Source: Acanthaster planci (lineage: Eukaryota). From it: a stretch of DNA of 64,000 bases. A program made the translations under genes and the position numbers. The DNA is taken from NCBI RefSeq assembly GCF_001949145.1, contig NW_019091358.1, forward strand, positions 2,304,240 through 2,368,239, in the 5' to 3' direction. Numbering within the stretch: the stretch's first letter is position 1; every line of letters starts with the position of its first letter. Of the stretch, positions 55,654 through 64,000 are shown in pieces. Under the pieces are notes generated by a model. That model saw nothing but the letters and a program-made list of their open reading frames with translations, was not told the DNA's origin and did not search any database.

Positions 55654-56678
55654 GATTTTCCTGGCCAATTTCGGAAAATGTGTAAATGGATTAGTGATGG
55701 CAGCATTTGTTTTTGAGCGAAGTGGTACAAACATTCAAATCTCCGTTTCCATTTAGTAAATAAAAATTCTGTTTAAAAGCCTACAGTCGTATAAGTTCAG
55801 CGATCAATTTCTCGATATTACACTTGTTTAGAATGTTGACATTTATTTTTATGCAAAATCAAGTGTACCTCTGCAATCCTGCTTTCATCTTAATTTGAAC
55901 TCAATCTATTTTGGACAATGTGTCGGCGATTTCGCGCAAAGTGTTATTTAAGGTATGCCTGGTCGACAATTTGAATTCATTTGTGTGTTAACGAAGTTAC
56001 ATTCTGAGTTGAAGCGTTTAGTTGAATGGTTAAATGTTTGAATATTCATGACTGAAATAGATTATTCGTGCTGTCTTTAAAAACACACCGACTATTGTAC
56101 GAATCCTATTCAAACACCAACGCTGATGAGGTAACCTTTCTTTCTCGCGATACGTTTTTGCCACAATCACATAAAAGTTCACACATGGCCTTCTTGCAAT
56201 GGCTGAACGGGAATATACAGAAAAATCATAGACTTTAATTGGTGTACAGTTTGATAACAAACTCACTATAATCCTTCACGAGTAACATTACATTCACTGT
56301 GCTGTCACGATTCTGTAACCCTGACAGTACATTTTTACTCAAAGTGAACGCAAATTTGTGAATTTGAATTACAGCAAATGAAAATGAATACTCAATACCG
56401 ACAGTTTACGGTAAAATACAGATTTCCGGTGAGTAAGATTGCACATTGGCTACAATTGGCAACAAATACGTCAAACCGAAATCCCGATCACTTTTATATT
56501 TGTAACCTCTGAAATAAAACGTAATGCACATTTATTTACTTGAAAGATGCAAAACGAAGTCGAATGCTCGTTTTAAGAAAGCGAAACCAGGTTTTCTGTC
56601 GTTTTCAATATCCACGCCAAATTGAATTTTTAGTTTACAAATTAGATCACACATTTGCCAAAATTGGCTGGGAAAACC
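55654..56678. mobile_element. Non-autonomous Tc1/IS630-like element of about 1 kb with TA target sites
   Basis: Imperfect TIRs of about 30 bp: TA|GATTTTCCTGGCCAATTTCGGAAAATGTGT and ACACATTTGCCAAAATTGGCTGGGAAAACC|TA. Confidence 0.7.
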
Positions 56679-59134
56679 TATATCAATAATATTAATAGAA
56701 TATTGTGGTCATTATTATTACATATAAAAACTAAAATTTACATGGTTTTATTTCATTTCTCAGAATCTGTAAGTGTTTTTACTGTTTTTATAGATAAACT
56801 CTAGTTCAGTATACGGTAGTTCGCAATCCTTTGGTAGCTTTGTTTTTATATATTATCTTGTAAATAAAATTTACAATGTATCAAACAAGTGTACTTCAAA
56901 TTCACCAGGTGCTAATTGCAAAGTACTCAGTGTTAAATGAAAAAGTTCGGAAAAGGTGGGTGTTATGCTTCAATAGCAAGGAATCAAAATACGTTACGCC
57001 ACCAACGTTTTTCCTCAAAAAGCCTCTTTTTTTAGATTTGTTATTATTTTTTAGTTTCGTTTAGTTTTGTAGTGTGTTGCATGGTGTCGATTCTGGTCCG
57101 TTTGGTTTCGTTTTGGTTTCTTTCTCACTTTTTCGGCGCCAGGATCGACGTCGGTAGCTACAAGAGGGGATTCCGGCTACCGCGCTTTTAAGAGGGCCAT
57201 AATAGCCAGTGTGATCGATGCAAGTCGACGAACTGAAAATATTTTTTTAAGCATCCCATGTAGTGTCAAGAAGAGAGAGTCGCATAAGATTCTGTTGAAA
57301 AGGTGTGCGTGAGGTAAACCGGTTCAGACTATAGAGCCGCCGACGCTACGCCAGGTGTTGACATTTTCTTCCCACAACGAGGTGCGAACGTCGGTTGATT
57401 CGCTTATCGTGATTCGGTTCGTCAATGAATGCAGTCACTAACAGTAGCAGTAAAGTCGGTGGTCGAATGGCTGAAAGCATACTGGTATACGCTGGCAACG
57501 GTCTCTTAAAAAACACCCACTTGACATCGCCAAGAAGAATATGACCACATGCCATTTACCAATATCACTTCGGAAATATCTTCAGTCAAATCATCTTAAA
57601 ATAACCAGTGGCACTATTGTGCTCAGGTTTCGTAGGATCCATTCGTTTTACAGTGTCTAGTAATTGTACGGGAGTATCTCTCCAAAGGGGCAAAATTAAA
57701 GCATCTGTATGATAGAAAGTCCCTATTCCTTTAACTCTACTTAGGACAAGTAACCGAAACCCTATTCCCACACCCTATTCCCTAACCCTCCTCCCCTATC
57801 TGAATTCCCCATCTGAAACTCCTCCCCCAAAGGAGTAGGAGAGGGTCTCCAATGATACCGAAGGGTTGACGTATCAAGTACTTAAAGACACAGTGGACAA
57901 ATACCGGGTGAGTCAAGCATTCAAGGCTTCTTTGGCTGCCGCGCCTAGCAGATGGTTAGCGCTAGATCTCTTCACGGAACAGCCTGGATGATAAATAACC
58001 AACGTGTCACTTCACCTGCTAACCGCTAATGTGGAAATAGTAGTCATAACACTTCACTCCTGTAAGATAACCTAAGTTTTTAGGCGGGTATACCATGACA
58101 CTAGCCGAACATTGATCTTCTAATATATGACACAGAGTGAAACAAGTTTCTTGATCTTAAGTTTTCGTTCGGGGTGTAAATTGTGTATATTGCCAGCGGC
58201 TACGCAGTCAACGTGATCCAAGTGTCTATTTACAAAGTGCATACATGCGTGAGTCGCGCTCAACAAAGCACTAGAAAGGTCTCCGTCGTGGTGACTACAT
58301 TACCATTTCCGTCATTCAAATAGTAACTATGACGTCATTCCATGATAATCCACACCTCCATACAGACAAGCTGCAAATAAATTCCTCAAATTAGTTTCTG
58401 TCTCAGAGGGGTAAAGAGAATAATTTCGCAGCATATGTAACATTTGCTAATAATCTGAGCTGTTAAACTCGAGTATTTGAACCAAATCTGCATTTTAAGA
58501 ATAACAATTATAATATCTATTTATAACTCATCTGTTTCCGCCTCAGGAGACGCTCATGGCGCATTTCAATCAGGAAATATAAATCAGGGAGACAAAAAAC
58601 AACTGATCAGAAATTTTATTGCAGTCAATTTTACCTACCTTACGATAGTCTTGTTTTGAAAACAAAGACTCTGCAATTTAACCAGGGCCATCTCCCACGC
58701 TTTCATTAAAATACTGATAGAAAATGAAATTGTCATGCACGTCCTTATTGTAGTCGTCAATAAACTATTTTTCGTGCACACGAAAAAAGTACAAAAATAG
58801 TGAACTAACAGAGTTTCAAAGCTGAAACAGAAGAAAGCGGGTGTAAAGGACAGCGTTCGAGTGGCCTGATGCTGTGCAATCGGCTGAGGTACAGGACGCC
58901 CGCCTCTGACTGCATCGGAGATTTTTGTCAGCGAACAAATCCGTTATTGGTTAAAATATTTAGTCTCTTGATGCGGGGTTTGTGTGTGAGCGTGCCTTTT
59001 GTCCGTCTTACATTCCTGTTTTTTCTATTGTCACCTTTTAATCTATTGATTCCGCAGCTGGGATTTTCGCATAAAACATCCACAGAAGTCAACAACTAAA
59101 TTTGGGAGTTCAAAAGAACAGTGCAAAAAGTCTG

Positions 59135-60220
59135 ATACGAGTAGCTACTGGTCTAAGAGTAGTTGTTACTTTTTGCTTCGAGTAGCTGGTGATCAAGGAG
59201 TGCTCGTTGGATCTAGAGAAGCTGGGGGTCAAACAAAAGCTGATGGCAAAGTTGTAATGATTCGACTCGAGTCACGATTTTGGTGATTTGACTCGCCTAG
59301 AGTTCCAACAGGTAAATTACTTGACTCGACTCGAGTCACTGCGAGCAAAACAATTTTGAAATTTTACGTTTTAGCCCCAATTGTCAGCTTTTTTTCTTGT
59401 GCAAATTAACTCTTAAATTGTGCCCAAAAATAACTGCACAATCTTCTTCATACTTGTAGATGGGTATGTAAGAGAAGTAATGATTTTCCGAATCTTCTAA
59501 GTGCACCATGTCAGAAAATTTGAAGTTTTTCAATACAAACTTTTGGCGTCGTGCAGCGCCGCGTCAGGGGACTCCACAGTCAACGTGAGAATAGTCGGGC
59601 ATTGGTGTCAGTGACTGTATGTTTTGACGGAGAGCTCCACTGGTGTCAGCATAATTAACAGACCCATTAAATCAACGTGACGTATTGCCGGAAACTTTGA
59701 CATCATAAATATAGACCAAACAGACCAGGACCACTAGCAGAATATCATTTTGGAATTTTTGCCCCCGACATCAAAATATCCACTGCCAATTTAGAAAGTC
59801 AATAAATGACGTTCTCTCTTGTTTTTATTTATTGCATTGTGCTCAAAAAGATGGGACTCAAATTAAGTCGAACTAAACACGTCCCTCGACTCGATCTTTG
59901 GCCCAGTGACTCGACTCGGTTCGATTCACTACGTCACAGTGACTCGATTCGACTTGAGTCGCAATCTACTCGACTCTGGCTGATGGTCAGAGAGTGCTAT
60001 TGGTATAAAGGGACGAGATTTAAAAAACCTTTCGCAGCATCTGATCGGTATGAAAGAAAGAATGAGATAATGGGATCTGAAGGAAGAAGCAATAACTAAA
60101 TTGAAATTCCTGCCAATCTTTGACCATCAGCTACTATTTGACCGACAGCTACTCTTTAAACAACTGTTATTTTTGACCGAAAGCTGCCTCTGTCCAAGGA
60201 GTTACGTCGTCCAACAGTCA
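59135..60220. mobile_element. Older foldback/MITE-like element interrupted by the hAT MITE
   Basis: The left arm has repeats of GAGTAGCT...GGTC (59138-59246). The right arm has the inverse, TTGACC..CAGCTACT (60120-60190). Confidence 0.5.
59247..59978. mobile_element. hAT-superfamily MITE with GACTC subterminal arrays
   Basis: Perfect 8-bp TSD GCTGATGG at 59239-59246 and 59979-59986. CA...TG ends (CAAAGTTGTAA / TACTCGACTCTG). GACTCGACTCGAGTC-type clusters at both ends. Confidence 0.85.
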
Positions 60221-61769
60221 ACATTTTAATCTGATAAACAGACAATACAACATATAAAAAGCGTAAAAGCGCATTTGAGCTGTTGGATTTGAGATTTCCG
60301 ATTAAACACTTGCCGTATAATTTCTACATTAAAAGCTAGTTTCTATTTACTTACGTAATTAAGTAATTGTAATTTTGGTCAGAGTCAACGAAAAATAAGC
60401 GCTTCCCGGATGTAAAACAGTAAAAGAAAAAACAGTGTGCATTCACTTCGATAAGTTCATCGTGGAAACGTACGGTACAGAGTACATTTGTACTACGTGG
60501 AAAATCAAAAATGCTCAACGCGAACAGTTTCCCAAGAAATGGGAAGGACTCTGCTTTTGTTTTGTCGTCAAAATTTTCAGACAAGGTCGGCCGCTCTCAG
60601 GAGCCAAACAGAGGGTGTGTCGGAAATGAGAACTGTAGAGATACAGAGGGACTCCTCGAGAACGGTGGAGCCATGTAGCGCCCTCTGCCAGTTTTGAAAA
60701 AAAGGTCTCCAGTCAACCTGCTAATGCCTATGACGGCATAATTACACCTTTTCCTGGGTGAGCCCGGTGGATTTCAGCGCCATACTTTGAAAATGCGACT
60801 CTACTGTACCACTGTACTGGGAAAATTTGGTCAAGCGGCATATCTTTCGAGGTGGACCTCTACGAATGGCCGAATGTGCAGCCAAGTCTTTCTGTAGAAT
60901 GCTGACGACTCCATTGGTCAAGCAAGAAATCAGCGCTTGAAGTGGTGCACCAGTCAGGAAGACCAGTCTGGTTGAATAGCGCCCTCATATTTAAAGTATC
61001 ATACTGGCAATGTAGCTCGATAGTGTTACTGGGGTGGGCAAAATAGCCGCTGAGAACAGTAAACTGCCCTCTTGTATTTCTGTTTTTTAGGGGCCTTGTG
61101 GTCTCTCGGAAACGGCCTTTTTCACAATGTGAATCTGTACTTTCGCATTTCCTCCTTGGAATGAGTGCTGCGCTTCCAAATGGGACCAGGAGGGTGTGCA
61201 ACATCAGTGAACGAACCCATTGCGGTAGGGGTCTACAGAACCAATAAAGTTCGCCAGCGTTTGTCTTTATTCCATTAATTCATACTTCTCTCCTCCAGAG
61301 ATTTCATTAAAGAAATGCATTGCCACATGCATGTAAAATTGAATTTACACGCAATTGATTTCGGCGCAACGAGACGTTCACAGCCTGTCACGCTGAAAAA
61401 TCATTTTTGCAATTGCGTTTGCAATTCAAAGCCAGCCCGAAGTAATTGTTCGCAGTGCGAAAAAACCTCAGGGGCTATCTCTTTGCGGATGGTGAAATCA
61501 GCATACCATCTGAACTCACAAATCAGTGTGCTTACCGACTCCAACTTGTTTGCTTTAGCAAGAGCTCTAATATAAACGTGCACAAAATTCAACTGGGGTC
61601 AGACGCGTTCATCGCCCAAAACAAATCACGAGCGCACTTTTGGTGCATTTCTAGTACTTTTAAAAACAACACTTCAGAATTTTTGCAATGATAAATGAAT
61701 CCTTGTGAGACCGCACATGACGTTTGAATTCTAAAATATGAGTTTCATAGTACATTGGGTATGAGCAGT

Positions 61770-62015
61770 CATTGGCCAAAAAATACAAATGGAAAATAAA
61801 AACAAAATTAGATTTATAAAACATACATAAATAAAATAAAACAAAGAATAAAACTAAGGAAATAAAAACAAAAACAGGATAATACCAACTATTAAGAACA
61901 ACAAATAAAATTGAAATAAAATAAGGAATAAACAAAATGAGAAAAACAAAACATAAAAACTTAATAAAATAAAAAAGAAAATATAAATAAACTATAAATA
62001 TAGTATATAAAATAG
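61770..62015 (+). repeat. A-rich low-complexity, degenerate (AAATA/AAACA)n tract
   Basis: Direct reading. It also explains the spurious hydrophobic ORF 61660..62031(-). Confidence 0.8.
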
Positions 62016-64000
62016 ACAGCACCAACCACATGTAGTATTTTCAAAAAGTGAAAAAAAAATCTTGCAAAACAAACTTGTGACTCGCAAAACAAAATTTTAT
62101 CTCACAAAACAAATTTTGCCCTGTTAAACAATTCTTGCAAAACAGGATTCACATAAAATAACTGACAGACTAAGAACGTTAGAGGCGTGCGTAGTGATTT
62201 GGCCTAGCTTGCGACGCGACCACGCGACACAGGCTAGCAGGCCAGTAAATAGGATGAAAACCGCTTGGGCACGCCAAATCATAATTTGTATGCGGTTAAT
62301 TCTAGACGAAATAGAGCATTTTTGTGGCCCATGAACTTGACAATTTGTAGGAAAAACAGGTTTAGGCAGGCAAAGACAATATTAGCTTACGTCTGAGTGT
62401 GATTTGGAAGAAATCGGTGCCTGAAAACGGTCTATTTTTCGAGAAGTGTAGGCATCGATATTTCAAACTGGTGAGGGGCTTCAGGACTGCACTTTAGAGG
62501 TGACCCTCCGTGGAAACAAATATCTTCAAAAATAATCGGTTAATAAATGGAAATTTGAAAACAAAAATTAAAAATAATAAACTGGGCTTTAATTTCATGT
62601 ACTACGTCTCATCAAACGCCTAAAAAACTTGGAAGTATTTTTTCTGATTTTTTGAAGTTTGGGTATTTATCAATGTTGGCTATGACAGTTTATTTACTAG
62701 CCAGCAATTCTAGGCACAGGCAGAAGAGTGTCACTTGCATCGCCGTGGCGTACATGTACGTATACGTATGTATTATAGTCCTACTTTAGACCGACGCAAT
62801 TTGACCTGCCTTGCTTGAGCTAAAAAAGGTTATTGGAAAATAACTGAGTCTGAATGAAGAAAAGCTATACTCGAAATACAACAAAAGCCGGGGTAGTATT
62901 CGTGACCTTTTAAAACTTGGTTTTAACACGACTAACGAACTTATTTTGCTTGTTTCATTGCCTTTTACTTTCATAGCCTAAGGCAAAAATGATAATACTT
63001 AAAATTGGAACCATAATTAAATTTATTTGACATCATCAACATTGAACATGATAATATAAATATACAAATATATAAATCAACAAGAAAATTACATTTTAAC
63101 AGACAAAAATGGCAGTAAATTGTTTGATTTAAACAAGTAAATGCATTTAGTTTTGTGTGTGTTGGGGGAATTGTTCACAACTTTTCTAGAAATTTTAAAC
63201 CACATTTGGGGAATGAGGATGGCACCTCTCTTCTGTGTTAGCACCATTTACATGTAACCATATGATTTTGATCTTTCCTACATCAGCATTCAGGTTTGGC
63301 CTTGTTGAAAATAAAATAAATAATGGTTTAACTAGAGCGGGACGGGAAGTTGACCCCCCCCAAAAAAAAAGCTGGCGGTGGACCAGACTGCTTTACCTCT
63401 CTTCACAAGCTTATGCATAATATGCAAAATGTATTCCAGCTGCCACCGGATATAAGTCTCATGTTCATTGAAAAATGACACTCAAACCAGGACACAACGT
63501 ACACTTAACTACCTGAGGAAGCACTGTGCCTTAATGGTGATATCCACTTGGGTAAGTGTAATAACTCCTTTATTGCTCTATCAAATTGTTCATAATTTCA
63601 ATGGCAGCATGCAAAATTAGTGAGGATGCAATGTTTGTATATCTCCATTTGCATACATCATGTGTATGCCTTGAGAATACAACGATATTGAATTTATGAA
63701 TTGACAAGTTTAGAAGCCCCATATAGTTGTTGACAATATTGAAATATGATTTCTTGAAAGAAACAATTAATATCTGGGATGCTTGTGGGCTTGCAAAGCA
63801 CTGCCTCACTACAAGCTGGGCTAGTACAAATTGTCCAGTATTCGTGTACATACTGGTAATGGACTGGGTACATCAAGACCAAGCATTTCAAGGGTGAGTT
63901 TTCAGCCAAAACACAAGTTTGCAGCCCTGTACACAGAGAACCATGCTGCTCCTGGCACTGTCGTGTATGTGTTCCTTCATCCATTGCTCATCATTCATGT

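Noticed and set aside
59260..59978. CRISPR-like or satellite repeat array (GACTC repeats)
   Set aside because: Eukaryotic context, irregular spacing and no repeat-spacer structure. These are subterminal repeats of a hAT MITE with a TSD.
60860..61204. 114-aa minus-strand ORF
   Set aside because: No recognisable domain and no convincing splice sites.
61660..62031. Very hydrophobic 123-aa ORF resembling a membrane protein
   Set aside because: It is the reverse complement of an A-rich low-complexity tract.

Overview
Eukaryotic (invertebrate animal) genomic DNA, AT-rich (roughly 40% GC by eye), with one assembly gap (23560-23705). The motif content and gene type suggest a marine invertebrate deuterostome such as an echinoderm; this is inference only. 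The one well-supported protein-coding gene is a three-coding-exon class A neuropeptide GPCR on the minus strand: join(20545..20943,16777..16912,14905..15506), 378 aa, with GT-AG junctions and matching phases. Its TM3 (CKAINYIQYVMVQATCCTLTAMSIDRY) and intron positions identify it as kisspeptin-receptor (KISS1R/GPR54)-like. The rest is intron or intergenic DNA with many decayed or non-autonomous transposons: a hAT MITE with a perfect 8-bp TSD nested in a foldback element, Sola-, CMC-, Tc1/IS630- and PIF/Harbinger-like remnants, a tRNA-derived SINE and microsatellites. Almost all ORFs in the supplied track look spurious. I found no convincing novel multi-gene system. The most interesting signals are the divergent ligand pocket and reduced intron set of the receptor, a transposon-borne cluster of CRE sites upstream of it, and the excess of TAGGCCTA/TACATGTA palindromes, which may be transposon excision footprints.
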